Shown in pieces: positions 14,130 to 28,936 of a DNA stretch of 64,000 nucleotides (within the stretch, counting starts at the first letter, position 1; each line of letters begins with the position of its first letter). The notes under the pieces are model-generated. The model saw only the letters and a program-made list of their open reading frames with translations. It had not been told where the DNA came from and searched no databases. The stretch lies in NCBI RefSeq assembly GCF_009914755.1, contig NC_060928.1. One strand, 5' to 3'. The position numbers and the translations under genes were made by a program. The stretch comes from the human T2T-CHM13v2.0 reference genome, Homo sapiens.

Positions 14130-17100
14130 GTAAACAAAACTGAAAACTTGCTTTATCTCTGGGGGAAAAATTAAAAATTATCTTTACTATAGTGCAAAAC
14201 AAAAATATTTGAAAAATGATGAACAAAGAATTCGTAAGTGGCATATAAAATTAATAATTAGCCAACATTAAATTTCAATGTTTCAAAAATGTAAAATGGT
14301 TAATTTACTAAATGGGACTAATTTTTGAAGGGCTGCCAGTTTTGATCAGTATCAAAAACAAAAACTCCACAGCCCTATAGTATGATTTAAGCATTCTTAC
14401 TGTGAACATTTTAAAAATAAACAATATTAAAATAGTTTTATCTTCGTTATATATATACCAGGAGTAGCTTTAAAATATGAACACTGTTTGCAGAAGTAAA
14501 ATTATTTTATCTAGATGCTAGGTTTACTTCGAATAATTTTTTAAAACTCTAATAAAATCTGGCTTTAGAAACAAGTTCAGAGCAACTGTAGAGATCTCAT
14601 TTTAGAAATTTAATTATTGTAAACAGCAGTTTCTTTTCTCTGTAAAACATTTTTAGACCCTAGAAACAAGTGATGTATCAATAATTTTCAGATAGCCTAT
14701 ATGGTTAATTAAATGCATATAAATCTGTGATATTAAGGCTTCACAATACGTTTGTGTCACAAAATATCCATTTGTTTCTTTATCATCTTATGTGAATCAC
14801 TGTGTGGATCAGACATTCAAATTTTGGTATGTTCCTGGTATGTAACACAAATAAGGTCTTTCTGTGGTTTGTTTCATAATGGCATTTTAAGTTGTGATAT
14901 TTTGGCAGAGACATTTTATTTGCATATTAGACATGCAGTATTATTCTTTACTTTCGTGTGTTGTAGAAACACGTGGCCCTTTTGGCATACTTTTTATTTT
15001 TTTTCACATTTTATAGTTGTGGGTCCAAAGAAATATTCTCAATAATTCAAAAAAAAAAAAAAAGATAAACCTTGGCAATAAATGGCTACTGATATTTGGC
15101 CCTTGTTGTTAGTGACAACAGTGAATGGTGGGGACTGTGGTAAGTTGAAGAGCCCTTGTCCTATTGAAAGGGGAAAACCACTACTCTTCTCTAGCCAGTT
15201 GTTTCTGTATGACGGTTTGGCCAAATACTGCCCAATCTTTATATTTTGGGGATGGGAGGTGGGGGAGAAAGCTGAAATGTCTAGTTTGTTATGTGACATC
15301 TGAGTTTTAAATGTTGGATTACATATTTTTAATACTATAGAAGCTAAACAGAAAGTATCTTCAGGCCTCATCCTGTCCAAGGGCTACCAGTTTTAAGCCT
15401 TTGAATTAAGATAATAGAGTTTTTATTGATCAAATGGCTTACATATTAAACTTGAGCTAATAATAAATGGTAGTCTTCATAGGATAAGTTACATCTGTTT
15501 TTCCTTCCTTCTGGTGGAATCAATTTTGAAGAACAAATGCCCTAAATATAAATATGAGAAACAGAAAGGACAGAGCCTGAGAAATCCACAAAATAAATAC
15601 ATATTTCCTAAATAATTGAAATTTAACCACAATACATAGGTGTCTGAATTGCATTAAGAAATCATTGGTCAGATTTTCATATTGTTTTCTTTGCTTTTAA
15701 CTGCATTTGGGCTTGGACATTTGAGGAAGTAGGAAGAACACTAAATGGGAAAAAGTTTTAGAAATATAAATGAAAGAAATTTTAAGAAGTTATTCCAGTT
15801 TTGGAAGTAGTAGAATTAGTCTTGTTATGCATCTAACCTAGCTGTTAGTTCTTTGAGGAAGCTGTTAAAAAAAAATCTGTATAGAGGTATTAATATATCA
15901 GATGGCTGGTCTTCAAAAGCATCACTATTTCCAATCCAAAGCAGTGATTGAGTCCCATAATATTATAGGGTATCCCAGTGTGTAGAGAAGTGTTCTGAGA
16001 AAGAAGATTATAATTAACAGCATGTGGAGTGCACAGTCTAACTGTATAATATATATATTTTTTGAAGAGTAGGCTTTTTTCTAGAGCTCAGGCATTCCCA
16101 AGAAATAACTTAGAGACTTTAGAAAGCTATATTAACTTTTCTCTGAATATTATTAGACAAATGGTCTTTTTCTTCCTTTATTTCAAAAGCTGCAGTTTGC
16201 AGCTTTTAAAACTTATCGAATAAAAAAGACATAATCTTGAGTATTTTTAAGAAACAAATGCGAAACTTGTAACTATCATCATCTTTCCTCTACTTCCTTT
16301 TTACATTTTGTCTGTCACGAGTGTCTTAATTTGTGAAGTGATTCTTTTTCTTCTAATGTTCACTGAAATTATATCCTTTTATGTATGTTTGGCATAATTA
16401 TTAAAGCGTCTTTATTGTTTTGTCCATTATTTGCTTTCTCTTTTCCTTAAAATTTATGTTTGAAGACTTAAATATTACATCATCTTTACTGACTCAGATT
16501 GTTTGGTATTGATCATGTGTACCTAGATAAGTCCCTGAAACAAAAAATAACAGCTTTTTGAAACTCAGGAGGCACTTTCTATTAGCACTAATAAGTGAAG
16601 TTTCTTTTTATATGTATTTACTATGTAGAACATCAGTATACAAGACTCTGCTAATTTATAAGTAAAATATTGAGTGACAAATAGCTTTTTCCTGCTGTAG
16701 TAGAAAAGTTAACTGCCTTGGACCCAATAACTTAAGCCGTATCTGTAGTTAGGAAGTTATTGTTCTTTAGCTGTATGTATAAAATGTTTAAAGTATGCTT
16801 ATAAAAAAAAAGTACTGAGAGTGGTCACAAAAATCCACCAACATAGTTTCCCTGAAGAGAATATTTTCAAATTATTTATTAGTCTCAAAATTGAAACTTA
16901 GAATGTCTTGATTCAGAAGCTTCCTGTTCATACAGTAAAACTCAGAGCATATCCACTTTTTAAACCCATTAAATAAGGAATAAAACAAGTTTCCTAAACA
17001 CATGCAAGTCATATATGTTATGAAAATATTCAGTAAAGTCATTTTTGTACCATTTGCTAAAGCTGTATATAATTCATAATTTATCAGTTTCAAAAGTTTT

Positions 17101-20100
17101 AAACTAGCTCAAGACTCTATACCTCTAAGCTATGAGCTGGATATATACTTTTGTTTCCCTATTGGTGAAGCAGTTAATACTCAGGTAAGTGTAGAATAAT
17201 CTGAATAGCAAAAGTTATAATTGCTTAGCCAAAGAAGTTGTATCAATAATGCATAAATAAAATAATATTTAAATAACACAAAACTTTAGTAAAAATTGTT
17301 TTAAATTTATCCATTTTGGAAAAAATATACATGTTTTTCACATGGTGAAAAAGCACTCTTTGATTCTGTGGCTCATGAAAATAGCCTGAATATTTGACAA
17401 TTATGGCTGTAGAAAAGCTTGTTGACACTTTGACATTCAGTTTGAGGGAATGTGTTGAACTTGCTATTTTTTTTTCTTCATTTTGTTACAACTTTAGTTA
17501 TTCTATAATCCAAGGAACTCAAACCTTTAATTGTAGGTATTTTAATCTCATTAGTTTGTTATCTGTTTCCTAGCTTTGGTTACCCAATGCCAAAACATTG
17601 CAGTGATGACTGAAAATTTTGTTCAGTCATCCAGCTGTTTTCAAATATAACACTGTTTTAGCACATAGGAGTTTGGAAAATTTTCATTGATTGACTTTTT
17701 CTGGATACTTATTATTGTCTAAAATTTTCATTAGCAAATTCAATACTTGGAAGAGAAACATGTTATTGGAATGCATTTGCTTCATTAAATAAGTTAGAAC
17801 CATTACAAACTCTTTCCCACTATGTTAGTTGATGTTCCTTATCTACGTATGATACATGGTGGCAGCAGTAAGGGGCATTGAAAACACACTGGTAGTAACA
17901 AGTACCAGATCTGTAATTAAAAATTTCCCATAGGTGATCCACAAGCGTGTTGAGTCTGCATTTGTACACTTGAATTAATTGCACGTTTGAATAGAAACAA
18001 ACCAGTGATCTAAAGCAAAGCACTAAAGACCAGAACACCACCTTGTTGACAAATCTATTGGTAGTCACCATTGTTGTAAGTAGATGTAATTAATCAATAA
18101 ATATCTCATGGAAGGTGTAATTGAGGGTTTAACTTTTTCTCCTAGTATTGTTGTGCTAGAGACACAAATAGAGGGAAAATTCTATTATAACTCTTAAAGA
18201 AAGTGGTAAATGATAAGCATTAAACACTAAAGTTACTATTTTACGTAAGCTATGCCATAAGAGAGAAAAGTAGAGGCAATTGAAAGATGCCATCAGGAAA
18301 GGAAAAAGTATCTTCTAAAATTATTAACATATGCAGTCTAGGCTTCTTCATCTGACCTATATTTTATATATACATGTATGATATGTGTATATATGATTTC
18401 TACAAATACAGCCGATTTTTCTAATATTTTAATTACTCCTCATTATTGAAAAACTAATTTCTCTTTTTTTGTAGTTCCTGAAATCTCTCTGAGATACCTA
18501 CATGATAATTCTTATATTTATTTGTCGCATGGGCTGATGATAATTAAGCTATGGTTGAAGGGAGGCCATGTATGTAATTTAGGAAGTGTAACACCTGTGG
18601 CATATTATTGAAGCATGACAACTGAGTTTAAATATTAAGCTCATTGTTTAAATTCACTTGTTTAAAAAAGGCCTATACTACTTCTCCCCATATTAAAGAT
18701 TATTTAATGTGTAATTAATCTTAGCTGCTACTTTCAGTCAATAGCAACAATTTCTTAGTTCATAATTAAAAACTAAAAAGCATGTTGGCCTGAGCTGCAT
18801 GTTTATCCTTATGTTTCAGTATTACAATACTTTATTACGGGTGAAAAAGAGCATTTCCTAGATGTGTTAGATGTTTAGAAAAATGATTTGCTTCACATGA
18901 GTGAAGAACTATTTTTAAACTTTACTTACTGTGGTTACAAGCTAGTTAATAATTTATATATTTCCTAAATAGTAAATTATTTTTACCTTACTCTAAGGAA
19001 AAAGAACAAAACAATATGTAAAAGGTAAAATTGTATCTTTGCAATTTATTATCTTTTTTAAAGTTTTTCTTCTTTCTCAGAGATCCTTGTTCTGATACTG
19101 TCTTTTTTAATGAAACTAATTTTCCATCATACTACCTTACATGTATTTTATTTTTCCTCTATTTATGAAGACATGGGAGATGTACATTTAAGTTAACATC
19201 TTTTGAAGCCCAGTTTGTCACTTTTTACTCCAGTGAGTTAAATGAAGTGTGTTGAAGACTTATTGGGCAGCTGAAAAGTACTTAGGCTTTTTTATTCTTT
19301 CTTTATTATACTAACTGTTGTTCTTTATTTACTGTTGTTCTCTTTTTTAAAAATTCCTGAATTTTTGCTGTTTGTCCAACAGCTTTCTAGTCAGTTTGCT
19401 GAAAAAGGTTGCTTTCATAAAGTTCTACCACAAGTGTTATTTTAAACAAATTGTTTCACTAAAGAATAGAGCAGTTAGTTAGTCTGGTGCCTCTTGCTAA
19501 TTCAACCTATTAAATTTGACCAATTAGACCAGGTTAGCTTTTAGTGATAATCTTCCTAGACTATTTCTATGATAATGCTGTTACTTAATGAACAGGCTGA
19601 GAGCTTGATTTTCAGTAGAGGTGTATCAGATACACATTTTGGTCTAATTCCACATGATCAAGTATTGGCATTTATATTCAGCTTTGGCCATTAGAGAATG
19701 AACTTCTGAATGTAAGAAGCTGAAATTTTATCTTAGAAAAATAAAATTATTATAGTCTTTTTGTCAGTAATTTTAGCAGTCTAATACTTAAAATTTGGCA
19801 TTATATTATTACAGGAATAATACTTTCTCAGCATTGTTAGCTTCTAGATTGCTACTGCGATTATGATAATGCATTTAATATCATAATACCACATAGATGC
19901 CCACTTAGTTGAGGGCAGTGAAAGGGCAAAATATGTTTGGAGTTGCTCATTCTTTAGTATGGTTTTCTCATTTTTATTTGCTTTATGTCTGGATTGAAGA
20001 TTAATCATAGCCGTTATCAAATATTATTTTCAAGATTTTTCTCATTGTGAAAATTTGAAGTGGAAAAATTGGTTTTCTGATTTTGATTTCATCCTTACAA

Positions 20101-23100
20101 GATGTATATCACCATTAATTATTGGTGCATTTTAATATAATAATATGCATTTACATTTCAACTGATAGAATTTCAACATATAAAGCATATAGGCAAATTT
20201 TCTCTTTACATGAAATGCTTACCTATATTTAAAAATAAATATTCAGATAGTAACAAGTCTGAAAGACCAGGTCTTTACTGTAAGTGTTCCTATACTAGTT
20301 GAAATATGATGATATGAGGCACATAATCATTGATCATGCACAAATTTTTAGGTTCCAGAAATGATGTTGAAGTAAGCATTGAGCTGTTTGGCCTTTCAAA
20401 AGCTGAGGCTAAAATCAGAGGTAAATAATAGGTTTTAGCCAGATATCTGTATTTGCGTGTCTAATTTAGGCCATTTACAAAGTCCATTCAGAGAGGCGCT
20501 GAACCCAGAAAAGCATCATGTGTAAATTAACTTTTATGAAGATTATTAATCCTGTTTTTTTAACTATAAGTAAAATCCAGTTAATACTGTACTGCCTATA
20601 TTGTTTTATTTACTAAAAAATTTTTAAGTCCTACTTGAAAAACTAGAAAGTGAAATGCTTTTGAATATGCAGATGTATCTTGTTAACAGAATTTTTGCCT
20701 TGCAAATAACTTCTGTGCAATTTTAAACTGTAAAAACTAAATTACAATAATGCCCCATGGTAACTAGAAAAGTTTTTTTTAAGCTAATATATTCTTTTGT
20801 AAAAGAAGGGATTTCTATGTTTTTAAGCATATGTTTGTAAGATACACGTTGGAATATAAATTAATTTGGCATTAGCTTAACTTGCTGTACAAAAATTCAG
20901 GCTTAAATTTATACTTACTGTAGATGTGGTCTTTATCTCAGCAGTGCTGTATGAAAGCAGAGACTGAATTGGTTTCTCTTAATAAATGCTGCTTAAGCAA
21001 CAGCTGGCAGTAGTCCTCTTTAAAAAAAAAAAAGACATTTAACTTAAAAGACCAGTTTTTTTCTGAGATGAAAGCGTAGAGTTTTCTTTAATCAGAATAA
21101 ACATATCTATAGAATTTTTTTGTAGCAGTATTCATTGTAACAAAAGTTGATCTGTAACAAATAATTAACCTGTAGTAAATATGGGGAAAAATTATCTACT
21201 AGATTAAGGCATAATCACTCTAGTTGTCATTATATTGAGAACAGTAAATGAATAAGTTTCTTAAGAATAATAAAATATTTTTACTATCTGTTGATTTTTG
21301 CTTTGGCATTTTTTTGTTGTTGCTTCTGTTTTACATCAATCTCACACATATAATTTTGCCATTTATATTTAAAACTTTTACAAAAGGGAAATTTTGCCAT
21401 GTAGAGACAATTTTTATTTTCAGAACCCAGAAAGAACCTTAGAATTATCTTTTCTAGTTTTTTATTTGTTAGCGACTAGGAAGAAATGTATAAATGTATT
21501 GTTTTAAACCTCCAATATTGTCAATATTAATGAATGTTGGCTTTTTTTTTTTTTGAAATTTCTATGTATCATTGAAATGTATAATGGGGCTTAAAGCGAC
21601 AATCTGGGTGCAAAACACATGCATGTTTGATATAAAGAAGGCTTTAAAATAATTGAATTTTAAACACATGTAAGTAATCTAGTTTTTATATCCTCAACAC
21701 TAGGCTTAGAATAAAGTTCTCCACTTTATAAACATTTGAGTATATAAAGTTTTTAACCACTAATCATCCTCTTGGTAGCCATATTTAAGTCAGTTTACTT
21801 TGCAGTGTTATAATAGAGCTAAAACTTGCTTGAACTTGAAGCTCTACTTCAGTTGTATCGTTTCTAATTTTTAATTTTCATATCCTTTTTTGGAAATACA
21901 GATATGTCATTAAATCAAAGGTAGTTTTCTTCAGTCTTTATTATGCCCAAATGATTTTTAGCCAATTTGTATTAGAACTTTTCATCAAGAGTTTTATTTG
22001 CTTCTTTCACTGTTTCAACTATGCTCAACTCATTTGACTGTAGATGGGATTTTTAATGCAAGCCTGTAAATGGCAATATCATATCATTATACTGTGAATA
22101 ATATATCTACGTACTAATGTACAGACTGTATTTTGAATTGTGTCTTGTCTTGTTTTTACAAGTTCATTCTTAAGTTCTATTTACCAAAAAGCTTAATCTT
22201 ATAACATTGTCTATAAGGCCTTAGGAATAAGGTAAACCTGTTATAATCTTCTTAACAAACTTATTTTTAGTAACTTCAGTTGAATCACTGGAATTCTCAG
22301 CATACTTTTCTGGACCTATAATCTAGTTATACCAATGTTTTAAACATTAAACTTAAAACTCAGGGGGGAAAAGGTTCCTCAACTTGAGATCTTCTCTCCA
22401 GATCTCCATTCTTTGGAGTTTCCATGAGTGTGACCTGAAGAACTTGGAACCATTGAAATTCAAATGTAGGTAGGTAAGTGTTCACACCAGCGCATGCGTT
22501 GATTGCCTTATATCTCTTTGTATATGCATCTGTATTGCACCCCCTCAGTGCCTTTCTTCCTCTTCCTCCCCATAGATCATGTAGGGCCTGTGTCATTTTG
22601 ATATTATGTAATTTCGTAAATCTGTATTTGGTCAGTGTTTGTCTGTGATGTGTGTCAGGAGCAGTTAAAACAGAGTCTTCGGACATTTATGACATTGTGC
22701 TGTCTAAAGACTGTCTTTCACACATAAGTGTTTGCTATGTATGGGCCTGGGTTACATTTTTGTGAATTGCTGTGTTTGTTGAGCTCTGATAACATTCTCC
22801 TGGAGGTGCTGATATTCACTGAGGGAGGCAGAAGTAGTAGTCTTGCAGTTGCTTCACTTAATCTGCCTAATGTATCTAGAGAACAAGAACTATTTCTAGT
22901 TCTCAGAATTTCTTCCTGTTTGTCTTTCGCTTAAAAGTCATACTCCTGATAACATTCATGATACCATGGATGTCAGCTATTATCCTTTGAAAAACATTTG
23001 CAAGTTTTCTTTGGGCAATAAAAAAGATGATCAAATGAATCATTTGTTTATGTCAATAAGAATATCAACTTATCCTACACAAACAGGACCCCTACTTAAT

Positions 23101-23361
23101 CTTTTCAAAAAACAGCACCGCCACCTACTGAATTGTAACATCTACATAGTAACTGAAATAGGTAGACTCAATCTGGAATGATCTCTTAGGCTTAAGTAGA
23201 GTTTCTTCTCAAATAAGCGTGATGAGATGTTAGGAGCTTTATTAGTGTTATTTCTCTGAAAATATCAGAGTGCCAAAATCTAGGATTCCTACCAAGCTTT
23301 TATCTAATTTTTTTCCTGTTATCACTTCTGCTAAGCACATCATTGAACTTCAGAATATTTA

Positions 23362-24200
<839 letters not shown>

Positions 24201-25786
24201 TTCTAGGAGGCCTCTTTCTTTGTCCATGAAGTGGAAATTTATATCAACCTGTTTCTGTAAAAGTGTGTTTTTTTTTTCTCTCTCTCTCCTCCTCTGGACC
24301 TTCATTATACAAGTAGAATGGCAGGCCTGCCAGTCGGTGTGAACAAATTTTAGAATTATTTGAGTATGATTATTGTTTTAGTTAGCATCATAGAAGTAGA
24401 TAGATATAAAAGAGAGCACCCAGTTGGTCCACAGTGAGTTCATCCAACTGGATGGCTATATATTTTTCTCTTTTGTGTGGTATGTGTGTTGTATGTGAGT
24501 ATATAATGAATTTGGCTCCTGGGTAGTTAGACACATTTTCACGAAGCAACATGATTTTCATGAATTATGGCAATACCTACAATGTGCCATTTGGCTATGC
24601 TAACTTTTTCTCCCAATCTGCCATAATTTCAAATATTACTGCTTCAATTTGTATGCCAAAGATTGTATTAAGCGCTATAACATTTCTTTACTTTTCACCC
24701 CTCTTTTACCTGGAACCAAAATTTGTAACATTGTAAAAGCAGTCCAGAAAAGTGATAGATATGCCAAGTTAGCAGAACATGAAGAGCATTATCTTCTAAG
24801 TGGTATTCTTCTGTTATCTTCTCCATAAAATGTGTTATTCCTCTGATGTCCCTGGACTGTTGGATTTTTCATAGTTTGTACCAACAGAACTGAGGGGGTG
24901 TGTGATGCTTACATATATGCAGACATATAGTGGAGTTTGACTCACATTCAATGCATGCGCTAGTGCTCACGCTTACATACCTGAAATTTAATGATTCATC
25001 AGCTCTGCAGTATTTGACAAAGTAGTGAAAATGAATACATATATAAATAAAAATACTGCTAAAGAACAAGGATCTTCAGAGGTGACCCTCTAGTAAAGAG
25101 CCCTATCTACTGGTAAGTAACCTAAATAATTTCTAACTTGGAAAGCTCCTTGGTGCATGATTATTACAAATACTATAACCATAATGCAACTATTCTGCCA
25201 ATATAATATAGATATAACACTATTGTGTAAGTATTTTACCTTTAAGTGTTGTGAATTATTGCTAAATTTCATATTCAGAAAAAAATTTAACATCAAAAGT
25301 ATAAATACAGATTACTTAGTTGAGTATATTTTAATTCTTATCTCCTTTTAGATTTCATAACTTCATTACAAAATTTGAAATTGTTTTATTAGAGTATTTG
25401 AACTCTAAACATAAACTTCCATTTTTCCATGTTTATTTTTTATTCTTATTTTGGTAATAGGCCCCTTTCTATTATAGATGGGCTCCCACAACCAAACCAG
25501 ATAATTATCTGTAATTAGCCAGTCATCAGTTTTCAGGGACACTAAGCCTCTGTTGACTATCTCCTCATACTTCACTCTAAAAGCAGGAAGAATTAACAAC
25601 AAAGACCACCAGGCAATAATGAACTGGCATGTGAGATAGCTCAACTCTGTATGTTCTTTTCTGAAAATCACCCACCTGCTTCCTTATCTATAGATTAAGA
25701 ACTATAAAGAGTAATAAAAAAAATTAGCAGGCCAACCCTGCCAAGGGATTGGAACTATGAGGAACGTGTTTTTGTAAGAAAGTTTT

Positions 25787-25970
25787 GTCTTTAGATTGCA
25801 AAGAGAAATAAAAGAATTTGGGGAAAATTATTAGCTTGAAAATGGCATATCATTTTAAAGAGAAAAAAATTTGTTTAGTCTTTAGATTGCAAAGAGAAAT
25901 AACTTAAAAGAATTTGGGGAAAATTATTAGCTTGAAAATGGCATATCATTTTAATGAGAAAAAAATTTTT
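25787..25970. repeat. Tandem duplication, two copies, period 91 bp
   Basis: gtctttagattgcaaagagaaata...gcatatcattttaa(a/t)gagaaaaaaattt starts at 25787 and again at 25878; copies differ by a 5-nt indel and one substitution. Confidence 0.93.
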
Positions 25971-26917
25971 GAAGAGCATTTCTGTATCATTGGATGAACC
26001 AGTTATGGACAGTTATAGTGTTTTGCATAAACATATGATTTTTTGTATGTCTTTCTTAGCTTATTCTAAGAGGCAGTACTTTTGGTGTTCATTTTTGGTT
26101 CATTTATCTTCAACTTTGCTACAGGTATTCTATTATTATTGTCCATGAAGAACCCTTGTGGAAATCCAAGGCATGTTTAGTACTTCAAAATCAATTAGTT
26201 TCTTAGAAAATGAAGGCAAGCAATGATGACAAGGCCATGTTAACCTCATTCTCTTCACCTCTCTAAGCCAGACTTTCCTCTCTCTTACTGAGATGATCTG
26301 TCACTATAATTAAATAAAACTTTAAAAAGAAAAATATTTTAGGTAACTTTTTTTTCTGGTACATCTCTTCCTAGCAGTCATCAAGAACACTCTGGTTGCA
26401 AATATTCAGAACCAATCATTTTTGTGTATTTATTAAATATTTTTAATTTTGTATTATGAAAAGTGTTTTTAAAGGATTCTAAGATTTTTTTCTTTCTTGG
26501 TCTTCATTAAACTTGCTACTTTTCTCATGCTTTTCATATTCTGTGATTTCCTGTAATGCAAATGTTACTCTAAATTTTTCACTCAAAAACTAATGGTAAT
26601 GTTTGTTTATACTTATTAAAAGCCTGCTTTTTAATGGTATAAGACCCCATTTAGAAAACTAATGATTTGATATAGTCTTCAAACTATTTTTATTTCTAAA
26701 TGCCTTTTGGTTATTCAAAGGATTCAAAACTAAACTCTTCTGAACTAATGTTTAAAATGTTCAACACAATCATATGAATGGACTTCATTTTCTATTACTG
26801 TAATTTAAATAACTTTGAGTTTCCAATAGGGAAAATAAGAGGTGTTTTCTTCTTATAATGTTCATTTGACATGTCAACACTTTCTTTTCTGTTGTTGTTT
26901 TTTTTTTGTTTTTACAG

Positions 26918-27046
26918 ATTCGCTTCAAGCTCAGCTTATCAATATGGGTGTTATTCCTACCTTAGTGAAATTACTGGGCATCCACTGCCAAAATGCAGCT
27001 CTTACAGAAATGTGTCTTGTTGCATTTGGTAATTTAGCAGAACTTG
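26918..27046 (+). CDS. RAP1GDS1: RAP1GDS1 exon 6 (129 nt)
   Basis: tttttacag|ATTCG...GAACTTG|gtaagt; (D)SLQAQLINMGVIPTLVKLLGIHCQNAALTEMCLVAFGNLAEL. Confidence 0.97.
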
Positions 27047-27404
27047 GTAAGTCTTAGTCATGAACCACAAATGTAATTAACTTATTAATGTGCTTACAAT
27101 AAATTTTTCTGTAGATATTAAGAAGCTAGAAATCCATTTAGATTGTATTAGTTTATTTTTTGAAGCATTTGAGATATTTCCATCAATATTTTAAAAAGTA
27201 AATCCAATTAGATCTTATGATTGCATTGTTTATGAGAGCGTTTTATTTCCCTAATAATTAATTTTACATATTAATGTTTAAAGCTCACATTGTACATTAT
27301 GTAACAGAGTTGAATATTTACACTTGTCTCCACTTGACTTTAATCTTTTTACATGAGGGATGGCAATTGTATGTCCACGGGTAAAAATAAGATTGAAATG
27401 TATT

Positions 27405-27693
<289 letters not shown>

Positions 27694-28631
27694 TCATATA
27701 AATTGCATTTTTCTCAGGTAAAGAGGAATCTAACGTTAGACTAAGGTTCTTCATCCTCTTTTCATGAAATCTCAAAACATGGCAGAGGACTTTTTTCTAT
27801 GAATATATGTGTTATAGTATTAGAAAACAAAATCTGTGGAATCCTTGAAATTCAGAAGGCAAACAAAACCAGACCAATGCTGGAAACACATCCTAGTCAT
27901 AACACAGAGGAGGATGATGGCCTCAGCACCTCCACCTCTTCATTTTTCTCTTTGTTATGGATTACCCTTTCTTCTTCCCCACGCCCCCACCTTCTTGTCT
28001 TCCTTCACAACCCACAATCATGTTAATAATAAATTATTATGGGCATAGTGAAATGAAATGGTGTTTTGTCATAGCTAAATACCGTAGTTACAACAAACAA
28101 ATATATCAATTCTGTTACGTACCACATTCTATAAATAAAAGCATGAAGTCACTAGTCTTGGTTTTTCTAACTGAAAGCTCATCTTGATTTTAACATTTTA
28201 CTTTTATTTTGTCTTCCAAGCAAAGGGAATAGAAATTATTAAAGTTATTTTTAGTAAAAGTCATTCTTACTCAATGGGTCATATCCCAGTATTTGTGAAT
28301 GTTTCTCATCTTCTCTCTTCATCTGCTTTTTCTTTTTTATACTAGCCTAATTAACACATTTTTTCTGTCATTCATTCAAGTGAGACCAAGAATAAAAGTA
28401 CATTCATTTAGTATTTGACAAAGTTATTCTTTTCCGTGATTAAAATGGAATGTAGGAGTTTGTGTTCAGTATGGTTGGCAGAAATAAAACAGAAATTGTG
28501 TTATAATCCGATACTGAAAGTGTAACAGAAACATGATTGGTTCAAATCTTTCTTCACTTGCCTTCAGTTTTATGAAAATCAAAGAGTGCAGGTACTTTGC
28601 TGTTACATTTTAATGTGAGCAGTTTCTAGAA

Positions 28632-28936
28632 CAGCACTGTCCAATACAGTAGCTACCAGCCATGTGGCTTAATGGGCATTGAAATATGAAGTCTCAATTG
28701 AGATGTGTTCAGTATAAAATACACAATCGATTTCAAACACTATATATGAAAAATATAAAATCTCATCAATATTTCATATGTTGATTGCATGTTGACATGA
28801 TAATTTGAATATATTGGGTGAAATAAAATATTAAAATGTTTACTTTTTAACTTTTTTAGCACATCTTACTAGAAAATCTAAAATTATATATATGGTTCCA
28901 TTTTTGCTCTCATTATATTTCTGTTGGACAGTGGTG
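28632..28936. mobile_element. MER33-like hAT-Charlie MITE
   Basis: TIRs cagcactgtccaa / ttggacagtggtg; 8-bp hAT-type TSD ttctagaa/ctctagaa. Confidence 0.85.

Noticed and set aside
18450-19085. Isolated strong-looking acceptors (ttttttttgtag at ~18474, tctttctcag at 19080)
   Set aside because: Common by chance in T-rich introns; no good paired donor noticed at exon distance.
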